Assembly (NCBI GenBank): GCA_964016885.1
Contig: OZ024747.1
Coordinates: 18,166,001 to 18,230,000 of the forward strand
Origin: Eledone cirrhosa
Taxonomy: Eukaryota
Direction: 5' to 3'
DNA: 64,000 bases
In this document: positions 41,381-55,528 of the stretch, in pieces
How the letters are laid out: each line of letters opens with the position of its first letter
How positions within the stretch are numbered: position 1 is the stretch's first letter
Position numbers and translations under genes: made by a program
Notes under the pieces: model-generated
Told to the model about the DNA's origin: nothing
What the model saw: only the letters and a program-made list of their open reading frames with translations
Databases searched by the model: none

Positions 41381-41598
41381 TTAACCCTTTAGCATTCACA
41401 TTACTCTATATATACTATTATATTTTCATGGTAAAGGCTTTACCTCGCATAATTATCTCACATAATATCGAATCTATGAGATTTTGAAAGTATTTATTTT
41501 TAGAACAATATCTTAACATCAGTTTGAACGACCAGTTACAGCCAGTTTCAACAGAAAGAGGTAGAGAATTTTGGCCGGTTTGAACATTAAAGGGTTAT
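41381..41598. mobile_element. piggyBac-type MITE (inverted relative to the other two)
   Basis: TTAACCCTTTAGCATT...TAAAGGGTTA, with internal CACATAATATCGAATCTATGAG. Confidence 0.7.
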
Positions 41599-42037
41599 AT
41601 AATTTATTTGTTTATTTCTTTGAAACTAAAGTTTCCTGAACATCTTTCAAGGTGACAATATGTACACTCACACATACATGTATGTATGAATATAGCTATA
41701 TATTCTCTCTCTATATATATAGCTGAATGTTTCATTATGTGTCTACATCAGAAATCATTGTATTAGTGTGATATTTACTGGGTCAATAAAATAAAGCACC
41801 AGTAATGCACTGGGTAATTGCTGGCCTTGTGCCTAAAGTAGAAACAATTATATTACTGTCTGACTTTTGAATATAAAAAAGTTTAAATATTGCCTTTTTT
41901 TAGAAGACCCTTTCTCTCCCTCTCCTGTTTCTTTATGGACACTTATTAGCCTTTTCTTAATCATATTTCTTATAAAAGATATTGTTTATGATTTCCAAAT
42001 AATTTTGAAAATAACCAGGAATTTTGAAGGATTTAAT

Positions 42038-42208
42038 AATTGTTTCTACTTTTAGCACAAGGCCAGCAATTACCCCAGTGCATTACTGGTCTTTTATTTT
42101 ATGGACCTCATCAGGATGAAAGGCAAAGTTAACCTTGGCGGGATTCGAACTCAGAATGTAAAGAGCCATAACAATGCTACACAGCATGGTGTCTGATGCT
42201 CTACTAAT
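42038..42208 (-). mobile_element. SINE family A, diverged
   Basis: Match to consensus, flanking TGAAGGATTTAATAAT duplication. Confidence 0.75.
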
Positions 42209-44017
42209 GAAGGATTTAATAATATAACTTTCTCGTTATTAAATTAGTATTCTTTTTTTTTCTCTTGTTTTGATTGTGTGTTCTATTTTGGGGGTTTCTG
42301 GCAATAATTGATTGTATATATTATCCGCCGAGGTTAACTTTGCCTTTCATCCTTACGGGGATCAATAAAATAAAGTACCAGTAATACATTGATTTAATCG
42401 CTGGCCTTGTGCCAAAAGTAGAAACAATTATTTATGTTTATATTTTCATTCTGTAAGGATTATAAACAATTTGTAATGTCATTTATACAACTGTGAATGA
42501 ATTATAACATAACATAAAGGATTTTACATAAAATTATGATGGAAAGTTTTTTGACAAATAAAAACACTTTGAAACAAACTGTTTGCATCATACAACCAGA
42601 GGCAGTTTCGTATTAAACGTTATCTATCCTATGATATTTGATTAACTTCTTCAACATGAGGTATATCTCTCTACTTCTGCTGTTTTTGTATTCAGTTGTG
42701 TTCATGTACATGTTTCTATGTGTGGATACGTGAACATTTGCATATGTCTTGCAAACGATACCATATATTTCAAATGTAAGAAAAAAGTAATTTTTCTCGG
42801 GTCTGCTGTAGTGTTGAATAATTAGTGTTGGGTGATATGCTTTGCAGTATTTGTTTTGGCTCTTAACTTTTCAAGTTCAAAATCTGCCAAGGTCAACTTT
42901 ACCTTTCATCCTTCTGGGTTCATCATCATCATCATCATCATCATTTAATGTTAATCTTCCACGCTAGCATGGGTTAGACAGTTCAATAAAAATACAATAC
43001 CAGTTAAGTGCTGGGGTAGATATAATCGATTTTCCTCTTCCTCACACTTTGCTGGCCTTGGGCCTAAGTTAGAAACTATAATAAGCTAGATAGTAAACCA
43101 ATTTCTAAAATATTAATTTCTTCAACTTAAAGTTTTTCAACTTTATTGGAACATTCGATGTCTTGTGCAGTCATTCATAATGTAATTAAATATCTCCCAA
43201 TGTAAATCTTAATTAACACTGAACTGACATGCTTTTTGTTTTTATCAAAGCTGATATTTTTAGGCAGAATAGTTTAGTCATTAAATACTTCAGGGACAAC
43301 ATTGTAAGGGTTTTAAGGCAACTTTGTTCGCCAATTACAGGAATATGCAAAGTTGATGTTTAATATCTTGACATGTGCAAACAGCTAGGGAATAGACTTG
43401 ACAAGAATGAACCTGTAAGTGGCTGAACATTCCACAGACATAAGTATCCTTAACATAATTTTCAAGAGATACATTCCATTTGAGATACATTCCAATTAGA
43501 GATACATTTCATTTGTTGAGCTTCCATACAGTTTCTATCTTCTCAATTTAATTTACAAGGTATGGGTCAACTCAAGGCTATGTTAAATGACACTTGCCCA
43601 AGATGCCATGCAGTGGGATTGAACCTGAGACCTAATGATTGTGAGGCATTCCTTAACCATTTGACCATACTGCATCAACAGTACAAACAACAACCACTGT
43701 TAAATATACACAGTTTTTGTTGTTAGGCTTGGACAGTGTTTCATATCCCAGCATTATTCACTGGCATTTCAGTTTAACATTCTTGAAAAGTACAAAATAG
43801 CAGTTCACATGAAAAATTAAAGCCTTTATCCTAATATTGCAAATTTTCACTGGTAAAGATGCTATTAACATTTGAATTTATAAATATGTTTTTAGATATT
43901 TTCTGCAAAATCATTGCACGATGTTAAAAGTTAATGGCCCTAAAGACACTTGTAACTGACATATTTTACTTGTCTGAAGATTCCACCTGTTTTGTCTTTC
44001 ATTAATTTGACTCCTAA

Positions 44018-44206
44018 AGGCGGTGGATTGGCAGTATCGGTAGAGGGTCGGACGCCATGCTTTCCAGCATAGTTACGTCCCTTTACGATCTGAGTTCAAA
44101 TCCCGCCGAGGTTAACTTTGCCTTTCATCCTTGCGGGGTCGATAAAATAAAGTACCAGTAATGTACTGGATAATTGCTGGCCTTGTGCCAAAGGTAGAAA
44201 CAATTA
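44018..44206 (+). mobile_element. SINE family A, full length with 17-bp TSD
   Basis: TSD ATTAATTTGACTCCTAA at 44001-44017 and 44203-44219. Confidence 0.9.
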
Positions 44207-45159
44207 ATTTGACTCCTAATACAAAACCTATTGCTACATCTATTTGAAAGTACTTTGTGGAGAATTGTGAGTTCCTAAAAATAATTATCTACTCAAAGAA
44301 TTACATCATAGAACTGAGTAACTCACTATGAAGAGTGGCCATGTAAAGGCTTCCTCGTGTGGCAATACAGTGATGAAAGATGAGTGTTGGCTACAGTGGA
44401 TCTGCACTAATTGGAAAGAAGTGAGGGTAGAATGACCAGTTATATACAACAATACAACAAACCTCTAGGGAAAGATTTTACAGCTGGATGGCCTTTCTGG
44501 TGCCAATTATTTTAGTCACCTCTAATGATACACAGTGTTATGGTGTTCCTATTCTATATAAGATACAAAAACAAATTCATAGGTGATGCCTTGTCATTGA
44601 TTTCTCAATCACTATCAACATCTATACTTTTCTTGGTGTTTCCCTAGTGTCTTTCATTGATGAGTTAATACATACTATATCATAACATTTCTATCTTGGC
44701 AAGATCAGTATGAAGCATGCACATTATCAACTGTCACAGGCAATTAAAGACTAACTTTATATTGCTTGCTTTTCAAAACCTGGGACAATTGTGTCAGTAT
44801 ACAAGACTCTATTTAGCCTTAGGTACATTGTGGCATATTTTAAACAAGTGATGAGTCAAATTATCTTGCAGAATAATCTTGAATTTATCTGCTGATATTT
44901 AGATAATATAATTGTTTGTTGTAACTCTGGAAGATCATGACAGAAATATACTGACATTTCTGTCATGTGTCAAAAATATCCATATAATTCTTTCTAGTAA
45001 AAGAAATAGAATTGGTGAAGCATGCACCAATTTTGTTGTTTGTTGCCTTCAAGACTACAAAATAACATCAGATCCTGATAGGTTACTTTCTTCTTAAAGT
45101 TCTTGCTTTTAAAAGGAATTAAAAAAAAAAAAATTTGATTGTTGGTTTATTACTGATTG

Positions 45160-45450
45160 TGAATAGAAACTGCTGAAATGGAGTTTCTCCCGAAGGGTTT
45201 CTGCAGTTACTCAATAGGGTATGTAGCTTGGAGATCATGAAATCACTCCAGGTAGCGTTGCTATTTCTCTGCATCAAGAGATCACAGCTCTGGTACTACG
45301 GACATGTGGATATAAAGTCTAAGGAAAGAATTACAAGATAGATTTTACAGGCAAAGACAACTGGCAGGAGACCCAGGTGGGGATCATGAGCATGATGGTT
45401 GGTTAACTTCCATAACCTTCGTTGGTCTTTCTTAGGTATCCAGCTGGATA
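45160..45450 (+). mobile_element. Degraded RTE (Expander/Rex3-like) LINE 3' fragment
   Basis: Translation RIETAEMEFL...LLFLCIKRSQLWYYGHV...ERITR*ILQAKTTGRRPR, with stops and a deletion. Confidence 0.7.
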
Positions 45451-48400
45451 ATTTGGTGACAGTTGATTCTGATAGGACCCTTTTGACAGTGAGTCAGAGG
45501 TCTCTGCTCCCATGACCCTCTCAGGAATAATTGGGCGAAGAAGAGAAATTTATCACATCAAGTAGTTGACATATTTTTGTGATTAAGTAAGAAGACATTT
45601 AATGAGATATACCACTTATCCAACCTCTCAAGAAGTTGCTAGTGCTTCTAAAAATATTAAATTCTATATAGAGATCCGGGTGTTAAGCTCCGGTATTATC
45701 GAATAAAGCTTTTGATATACGGGCTACCCACTTATAATTACTTCTTAAAAAACTCACATTATCTTGTTAGATAGTATATAGAATTGTGTTGGTTACTAAG
45801 ATGTAGATGTGACAAACTATTTTTACATTTTGTAAAACACTACAACAAAATTATACAGAACTCTATATATTGGTTTTCAATTACTATTGTGAATCTCCCA
45901 CAATAGAATTCTTTCACTTTCAACACATTTTAAAATCAAGTCACTTGTCAAACAAGTACAACAATAAATTGTATACATGCACAGACACTCGTGCAAACAA
46001 GCGCGCGCGCGCGCACACACACACACACGTCTATGAGGCAGAGGTTGCAGTGTGTTGGTGTGTATTGTACTTCATATGCTGGTTGATCACATTGGTCACG
46101 GGTTTGAATCTTACTCAGCCAATGCATTGTTTGTGTCTCTAAACAAAGTATAACAAATTCTGCTTGCTCCAGTTTCCTACTGCCTACCCAATGTAAGAAG
46201 TTTCACACTTACTTCATAGTATGGTGGTGTAGGGCATCTGTATGAGGTAGGAAAGGCCATCCAGCTGTTACAACAATCTCTACAATAAATAATAAAACAT
46301 AGCAAATGTTCCAGTCATGCTAGCATGGTAAACAAATGAGTGTAAAACAATCATATGAGAGAATCATCATTTCTGTTGCAATCACAGGAGAAACGAGATA
46401 TCTTGACTAAGTAATTAGTTAAATGGGGAGGTGGGTGACTTTATATAGGCTATTGGGTGGATAGGAAACTATGTTGTTTGGTGGTAGGTAGAGGTAAGTA
46501 AATGGGGGAGTGAAGGTAGATTGGTAGGTAAGAATTAGGTAGGTTTAGGTGGGTAAGTAGGTTTTGTTCTAGCTTTTTTTGATGAGATGACTGAATTGGA
46601 AGTTGGCTGGTTGGTTGGTGTTTTTATTAGATTATTATCAAAGTTAGAACACTGGATAAAATACCTTGTGCTATTTGTTCAGTCAAGTTCTGGGGTCAAT
46701 ATAATCGACTTCCCCTCCCCACAAAATTGCTGACTTTGTGCCTAAATTAGAAATCATAAGAGGCAGTGGATTGGCTGAATCATTAGGTTGATGAACAATA
46801 TGCTGCGCTACATTTAGTTATGGACCTTTATATTTTGAGTTCAAATCTCACTGGGGTCACCTTTGTCTTTCATTCTTCCGGTAGTTGATAAAATAAAGTA
46901 CCAGTCAAGTACTGGGGTTGCTTTAACTGTTTGCTTATGTTAAAAACCATTGTTGTTATAATTGTTGTCGTTATCAATAGTATTGTTATTTAACATCATC
47001 ATTTAAGTGGTTTTTAAATGATGAAGATGATGAAATCATCCAAATTTATATCTACAAAAGCTGGTTGCAAGTAGTTTAACCACTAAGCTACTTCTCTTAT
47101 TGCCATTTACTTCAATAATTAAACTATTATCAAATGAGTGTTTAGTGTGTGTGTGTGATAGTGTGTGAAAATGTATCTCCCAATATCTTATCAGTTCTAC
47201 ATGCCAACACTACAAAGTAATTCATTGAGCTAATCAGTGCAGAGGCATGAAATTAGAACTGATAACCACTGACGGCAGTGGAGGAGAATTTAAAACAAAA
47301 ATCTCTATATTTCTCACAGCACAGACACTTTTATACATACAGATATGCACATGCATGCAAACCTAAATATACAACGATGTGTACATAGACCTCCATCATA
47401 TATACATCATATAAATTAACTGATTTTTGTTTAGCCCAAGTCTGCCATGATCTAGCTGACTTATAATGAAATATGTTCTAATGATAAATGTCCTGACTTT
47501 TTTATATCAAGAACTACATTATCCAATGTTTCCTTTCTTGTTTAAGGTGGTGTGATTTGGTTGTTATTTCTAGCAGGACAAGCGACTACATAGAAGTTCT
47601 TAAAAAACAAACATGAATACGTTTAAACTATTTTGGTAATAGTGAAATACTCTGTTGAAAAAAAATGAAGTACCAGTCATGTACTGGGGTCTATATAATC
47701 AACTTTCCCTCCCACATCCCAAATTGCTGAACTAATCTTATGAAATAAGGTGTTTAACTCTTTAATGTGTGTGTGTGTATATATATATACATTAGTAAAT
47801 GTTTCTTGGTGCTTAGCTCCAGACCAGCCCTGATTCAACAGATGTATTGTCAAAATACATTTTCTTTTTTTTTTCACGCAGTGAAGACTGTAGTGTGATT
47901 TGAGAGATTTGGCTACTATTTCTAGCAGGTCAAACTAACACATAGAAGCTTCTTTATTTGGTTCATATAAATGTTATTAAAATTTATGTTGATGTATTCA
48001 TATAAAAATGATGAAATTTAAATCTGCTGGGCTTTTCCTGCTACAAAAGGTTACATGTCAGTAAGTGTGGTCATGACCATTTTGAATATGAAGAGGCCAA
48101 TCCTGCCTGTTTGAATGTGATGGCAGGAAGGCAAGCTAAATATATATAGAAATAGGAAATAGCATGTACTCCCCATAAGAACTGTAGATGCCAAACTGAT
48201 ATTGAGGCATTGGAATCCTATGAAAAGTATTCTTTTTTGATCTTCTGTTAATCATGACTGATGCTCCTATACTATCCTCATACAACATATAAGAAGTGAG
48301 CTGTTGTTTAGCACCATGTTGGCTCTGGTTAAGCAGACTTAAGATCAAAGCAATACAAGCCATGACCATACAATCTTATTTCAGGAATAGGGTACATTTT

Positions 48401-49309
48401 TGTACAAGGAAAGTTCCTGTCCAATGCCCAGGCCTGAGCTGGGTTTTATGTGGAAAACTTCCCCTCTCCATGCTTCCTATGTTGTCTCAGGGCTTTTGGT
48501 TATTAGATCTACATATTTAATATATACATATGTAGGCTCCCAAAGCTAGTATAGACAAAGGCCAGATATAAAATGTAAATGCCTAAATCTGGTATAGACA
48601 CAGGCCCAATTTAAAACGTAAGCCCCTAAAGCTAGTAATAAGCACAGGCCATGTGTGAAATACAAGCACTATTCCAAACTGCCTTTTAAGTGTATTAGTA
48701 ATCATGGCTAAATACACATGATTTATGAAAGTATTATAGTATATACATGTACATATAGCATACATTTATATATAATAACAGAACAGTGAAAGTACTAGAA
48801 CATCTCAAAATCCTAAGCCCCTCCAACTGGCTCACCTGGCATCACTCCTCTACTCTGGCTTGTGCACATTCATTATACGCATGGATTCACTATTTACAAC
48901 ATATCTTAAATTCATCTAATTAACAAGATACACCTGCATTGAGCGCTCTCTTCTTTCTGAATGTAATAAAAACAGTGGAAAGAAAATAAAGCTTTAGGAA
49001 AGTAAAACCAATATTAAGGTGATAAAACTATAAAACTCAATGTAAAAATGATAGATGTAAACACACACCAGATGTTGGTAAAGTAAACCGAAGGAGGAGG
49101 GGAGGTGTTTTAGTGTAACATGGTGTATGGATAAGCAGCTTGTTGAATTAATATCTTCCTTACTAGTTGTTACTCTGGCTATAAAGTTAAAAGAAGAAAC
49201 CCCATTGGGTTATTTAGCTTGCAAAGCCTTTCCTCACCATCTTATTCATTCTATGCGTAGTACACATATGCACACATGCATGCACGTGCACGCATGCACA
49301 CAAATTTAT

Positions 49310-49432
49310 TATTAGTACAGATTAAAGTTATAGCAAAGAATCACTGCTTTCACCCTTTTACAAGATCTTCAGAAGATCCTGTAAAAGGGTGAAAGTAGCG
49401 ATTCTTTGCTTCAACTTTAATCTGTACTAATA
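49310..49432. repeat. 123-bp palindrome with 1-nt centre
   Basis: 61-bp arms symmetric about 49371, about five mismatches. Confidence 0.9.
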
Positions 49433-50366
49433 TTAAATATTTGTTCTACAGTTTATATATGTATATATATGATGAGGATGATGGTTATGATGCAGTAAAT
49501 AGTGTTAGAAACCAGATTGTAGATGTATAACAAAATATTTTGACACTTAATAGCATATAAAGCTATCACAAAATAATATGGAATTCGATATTATATGTGT
49601 TTTTAAATGGCTACCATGATTCTACCATCACATATATATATATGTGTGTGTGTGAGTGTGTGAGTGTGTGTAATTCTATTTTATTTGTTTATGATAAAAA
49701 TAGCGAATTGGTAGAGAAGTGGATAATAAAAGAAATGTGTTATCGTAATTGGTTATGCCTCTTTAACCCCTTTGATACCAATCCAGTAAAACCCAATGCT
49801 AGTTCTAAGAAATAATTTTAAAGGGTCCATGTTTAAATTACAATCTTCCAACATAATTTTATATAAGAACCATATGTTAAGTTATTATCTTAGTAATCAA
49901 ATGATTAATAATTTTAATAAATCTCTCAAAATTCTTCATTAATTAATTGAAAAAAGAATGTATTTTATTAGAAATATAATAGGTCAATCCTTACATTACC
50001 ATATATATATATAACATCATCATCATCGTTTAATGTCTATTTTCCACACTAGCATGGGTTATCATCATCATCATCATCATCACCGTTTTACGTCCGTTCT
50101 TCCACGCTAGCATGGGTTAGACGGGTTGTCCTGTTGTGGGCAGTGTCTGGTCGGCTGACCATGCCTTGCTCATACAGGAACTGATCTGGCTTGATTTCTA
50201 CAGCTGGATGCCCTTCCTAACACCAACCTCATTTACAGTGAGTGCTGGGTGCTTTTTCGTGGCGCCTACACGTCCACTTTACAGTGTGGGCTGGGTGCTT
50301 TTTTGCCGTGGCACCTCCACGACCACCTTGCGGGGGGGGGGGGGGGGGGCATATTGTTTATATGCT

Positions 50367-50705
50367 TCAGCATGTACCCATGGGAGGTCGGGTACCCTGT
50401 ATTACTGCGTGACGCCAGAAGTCACGGTCGTGTGTCATTGACTTTGAGAGGTGTAGTTGGGTAAGGTCGGCTTTTATCACCTCATCCCAAGTCATCTTGG
50501 GTCTCCCCACTCCGCGGTTTCCATCAACTTCTAGTGCTCTGCACCTTTTTATGCAGCTGTCATCCTTCATACGCATCACATGTCCATACCAGCGTAACCG
50601 CCTCTCCTGCACGCAGCATTTGATTCCTCTTATGCTCAGTCTCTCTCTCAATTCCTTTATGCTTTGTCGTTCACGTATATTACTGTTACACATCCATCGG
50701 AGCAT
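50367..50705 (-). mobile_element. RTE-clade LINE, ORF C-terminus (5'-truncated)
   Basis: MLRWMC...ELRERL...[15 protein letters not shown]...[20 protein letters not shown]...DRDFWR, the characteristic RTE C-terminal region. Confidence 0.9.
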
Positions 50706-50714
50706 CCATCGGTT

Positions 50715-50837
<123 letters not shown>

Positions 50838-51406
50838 TCATCATCTTCGTTTAACGTCCATTTTCCACGCTAGCATGGGTGTATATATATATATATGTCT
50901 GTGTGAGTACATATGAATACATGTGTATGTATGTATGCATATATTATATACACACACATCCAGCCCCCCCCCCCCCCCCCCCTCCTTTTTTTTTTTGTCT
51001 TGTGTAGTTAAGTGCTTTGAACAGGTTTGAGTGGAGTGGCTATAGAGATGACATATTAACTTCCATTTTGTTACTGATGGTCTTAGATTGTTCAAGATAG
51101 GGAAACATTTTCAATTTTTTTATAAACAACTTTCTATTTGTCTATTGGGGGAATATAGAGTTACTGTTAGGATGCCAAACAACAATAACTGTTCTAAATT
51201 CTAAAATATCTACTGTGATTATTTTTACTAGCATTGGCAATTCTTGGAAATGGTGGACAAACACATTTGTTTAGTATTTTATTCTCTTCACTTGTGTGTG
51301 GGTGTTAGTGTCTGTATGTGTGTGGATGTATATATATATATAATTATATGTGTGTGGGTGAATGGGGGTATATGTGTATGTATGCCTAGATGTGTGTGTA
51401 TGTTTG

Positions 51407-51467
<61 letters not shown>

Positions 51468-51498
51468 GGACTTATATATATATGTGGGCAGGAGTTTA

Positions 51499-51552
<54 letters not shown>

Positions 51553-51568
51553 GATAACTTGTTACCCC

Positions 51569-51603
<35 letters not shown>

Positions 51604-51604
<1 letters not shown>

Positions 51605-51805
51605 AAGAGAGTTGACTGAATAGTTCATAGGCTGACTATGAAGGACTAATGTTAGAGCTGTGAAATCTTGCATGTATTAATTTCAACTCATGTTATTGAT
51701 AACTGCATTGTTTCTTTCTAGGAACAATGTTGAAAAATAAACCTCATTTGGTTATTTCATGAGAGTATCTTGGTCAGCCTATGAACTTTTCAATTGACCT
51801 TCATA
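51604..51805. mobile_element. Tc1/mariner-type MITE (same family as 10699-10891)
   Basis: AGTTCATAGGCTGAC ... GTCAGCCTATGAACT inverted repeats and a homologous interior. Confidence 0.65.
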
Positions 51806-52288
51806 TATAATCCTCATCATTTAACATCTGCTTTCCCTACTAGCAAGGTTTGGATAGTTTGTCAGTAAACTAGGTTGGTACAAAATGCAGAGGTACTGAC
51901 CCTAAAGTAAGCTGTGATTCTATATCTCACTTACATATACACCTCCACCCTAGCAGCTTGTGACTCACTTACATAGAACCCTGTGCACTGAGAGCATTTT
52001 ATTGTGACACCAGCTCTAGGGAGATTGTCACGTCTTTGACACAGTTGAAAAGTTCTCCTGACCATTTGTTTGGCAAGTTCTCTAAGAATTTTTGCACTTC
52101 GTATCACAAATCACTTTACAGGGTGTACTGGGTGTATTCATCATGTAAATCACCAATACTAGAGAAGTTAACTGAAAAGTCCTCAAGAATAGTTCACAAA
52201 GAAAAATATGAGAGAACAGTTCGGTACAATGATGATATATTAGTTTAATGTTTGATATTGTAGGAAAAAAGTCTTAACATTATATATA

Positions 52289-52956
52289 CTAGCAGAAAAA
52301 CCACCCTTCGGGTGGTTTTCTGCTAGCATGTGTAGTGTGTATATTGATATTATATGCAGGTATATATACATGTAGATATGATACATCAAATAAAATCGTA
52401 ATTGACAATATATAATACATAGAAATTGAATGAAGACTGCGTTACACTGTCTTATTTAATCAGTAATGTAATCCATGATGCATTAAAAAAGACAATATTA
52501 TATATAAACTGCATTAGGAGAAAATTAGTATGTTTATTTAAGCGATGGCCAACCGGAAGTGTTGACATTTCAGAAATTTTAAAGAAGTGAATTTTTAAAT
52601 AAACATAATATATTTAATCAACAGCCACAAAATTTAGTAGATAAATTATGTAATATTCATTCATTATTTATTCAAAGTATGTGGATTGGCAGTGTCGGTA
52701 GAGGGTCGGACGCCATGCTTTCCAGCATAGTTACGTCCCTTTACGATCTGAGTTCAAATCCCGCCGAGGTTGACTTTGCCTTTCATCCTTACGGGGTCGA
52801 TAAAATAAAGTACCAGTAATGCACTGGGTAATTGCTGGCCTTGTGCCTAAAGTAGAAACAATTATTTATTCAAAGTAATCCAACTTATTTTACTAATGGG
52901 ATAAAAAATTATAAACCGTACGCAGTCCCGCGCTCCTTACTTTATTATAGTTTAGA
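52289..52956 (-). mobile_element. Non-autonomous Helitron with nested SINE
   Basis: Minus strand starts A|TCTAAACTATAATAAAG and ends ...CCACCCGAAGGGTGG...CTGCTAG|T. This gives 5' TC, 3' CTAG, a subterminal GC hairpin, an A/T target and no TSD. Confidence 0.7.
52681..52864 (+). mobile_element. SINE family A nested in the Helitron
   Basis: TSD ATTATTTATTCAAAGTA at 52663-52679 and 52861-52877. Confidence 0.9.
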
Positions 52957-53015
52957 TATATATGTCAAAATGTGAGCATCCCAAATGCAGAAAATGACTG
53001 TAATAACCATATAAA

Positions 53016-53200
53016 TAATTGTTTCTACTTTAGGCACAAGGCCAGCAATTACCCAGTGCATTACTGGTACTTTATTTTATCGATCCCGTAAGGATGAAAG
53101 GCAAAGTCAACCTCGGCGGGATTTGAACTCAGATCGCAAAGGGACATAACTATGCTGGAAAGCATGGCGTCCGATCCTCTACCGATACTGCCAATCCACC
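53016..53200 (-). mobile_element. SINE family A
   Basis: Near-consensus copy with an AACCATATAAA duplication. Confidence 0.9.
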
Positions 53201-53495
53201 AACCATATAAAAAATAAATAATAGTTATTGGCAGAGGGAGGAGGGAAAGTCAATTATATCAGCCCCAGTGTTTGACTTTAAACTTTATTTTATTAGCCTT
53301 AGGAGGTTGAAAGGCAAGGTCAACTTTGACTGGATTTGATCTCAGAATGTAAAGAGCCATTACATGCTATAAAGCATTTCGTCTGATGCCTTTACAGTTC
53401 TGCCAATCTACCACTCAGTACTATGTTTTCATACAAATATCAACAGTTCTTACTGGATAAGATGTATTGTACACATGCATGCACACACACATGCA

Positions 53496-53526
<31 letters not shown>

Positions 53527-55473
53527 TCATACACACACACATTGGCATAGTAAATATCCAGTCATGACAAGTATTCAGATATTCAGAACATAATGATTAT
53601 TCTATAGTGTTTGTGATCTACTTCAGGGATTCTCTCCAATAGAAAACTGGAGGAGAAATAGTCAACATACCAACCACAACAAAAAACAAAAAGGTTATCC
53701 ATGATGGGTAGGAATCCTGAAAATAGAAGAATGTTGCCACAATTGATTGATAGTTGTTTAATGTCATTACTACACCATAACATAATATTGTGAAGGTTAT
53801 TATCTAGCAATCTAAGTCCTAGAAATAGTTACAGAATATATTCTGAATATGAAAATATAGTCAGTCAAGCTGTAAGTCAAGTAAAAAGAAAATGTTGATT
53901 GAGTTGTTATTGTAGATGATGGTGTATGGTCTCCATCTGTCTAAAAAAATAGCATTAAGGTATTTTGCTGTTGTTGTTATGGCTCACACCTGTGTTGGTT
54001 TAGCTGGTCTCCTATGAAGTTGCATTGCATGGGAGTTTTCTAGGGTGTTTCAAGGATAGGGACCTAGTTCTATCCTGTAGATCAGGCATGGGCAACCTTT
54101 TTTAAGCAGTGAGTTGCATGAAATATGGCTCATCAAAAGGTGGGCTAATTCCAGCAACAAGAAAAAAACAAATGCTGTTAAAAGGGTGGATGACCTCTTC
54201 AGAGTCTGTGGCCATCTACTCCCAACTATAGGTTAAATAACCTCACCAACCCACAATTGGTCAAGTGTGGTGAGTACAGTTACACCCCTGGCATGACCAA
54301 AACCAAACAGAAAGTGGTGGGAGTCAACCAAGGAGGGTTTCCTCCAACATGAGTGAAAAGGCCCTGGATTGGATTGGATAAGGTGGGTTGCACTATGAAA
54401 AATACTTATGGCAATTTTAAAGTTAGGTTTGCCATTCAGAAAGACAAATGAGCTGCATGCAGCCTGAAGGCCACAGTTTATCCATGATTGGTGTAGATGG
54501 TAATACTTGCTGTGAGAATGATTTCTGGCTGGTTGAACAACCACATGGAGGTTCCACTGTAGGCTAACACTGAGTGTACTTGGACTTGTATTTTTTTTTT
54601 GAAAGACAAAAAAAAAAAAAAAAGAGAGAGAGAGAAATGTACACAGATATACACACACATTGTTAGTAGTCTAAACCAACAAAGGAGCTTCTATGTGTTT
54701 GTTTGACTTGTTGATATTGATAGTGAAGGCGTGTGGCTTTCTGGTTAGGATATTTGGCTCACAGTCGCAAGTTCGTGAGTTCAATTCCCGGCGGTGTGTT
54801 GTGTCCTTCAGCAAGACACTTTATTTCATGTTGCTCCAGTCCACTCAGCTGGGAAAAATTGTGTTGTGCCTGTAATTCGAAGAGTCAGCCATGTCACATT
54901 CTGTGTCACACTGAATCTCCCTGAGAACTATGGCATGGGTATGTGTGTCTGTGGAATGCTCAGCTACTTGCACGTCGATTTCACAAGCAGGCTGTTCCGT
55001 TGATTAGATCAACTAGAACACTTGTCGTCCTAACCAACGGTGTGCCTTCATATGATATTGATAATATCAATTTTTAATTTAAGCACAAGGCCAGCATATT
55101 TGGTAGAAGAGCAAAATTGATTAAATCAACTCCAATACTTTACTGGTACTTTATTTTATTAAACCTGGACAGATGAAAGTCAAAGTTGACCATGGCAGGA
55201 TTTGAGTGTAAAGTTCCAGAACAAATACTTCAATGGTATTTTACCCAATGTTCTATAATTTCTGCCATTTCACTGTCCTAAATACTGCTGTAATATTAAT
55301 ATAGTCTGCTGCCTAGAAACATAACACATGTGTGTCTGTACACATGCTTCTGGTTATATTATTTTTTAAATCTCTCAAATTTTAGAGAAAGAACTGGTCT
55401 CCAACACAGAAACAAGACTCCTTCGTAGGAATTTAGACAACATTGAGAAGGTCATGTTTGTAGAGTCAGTGTG

Positions 55474-55528
<55 letters not shown>

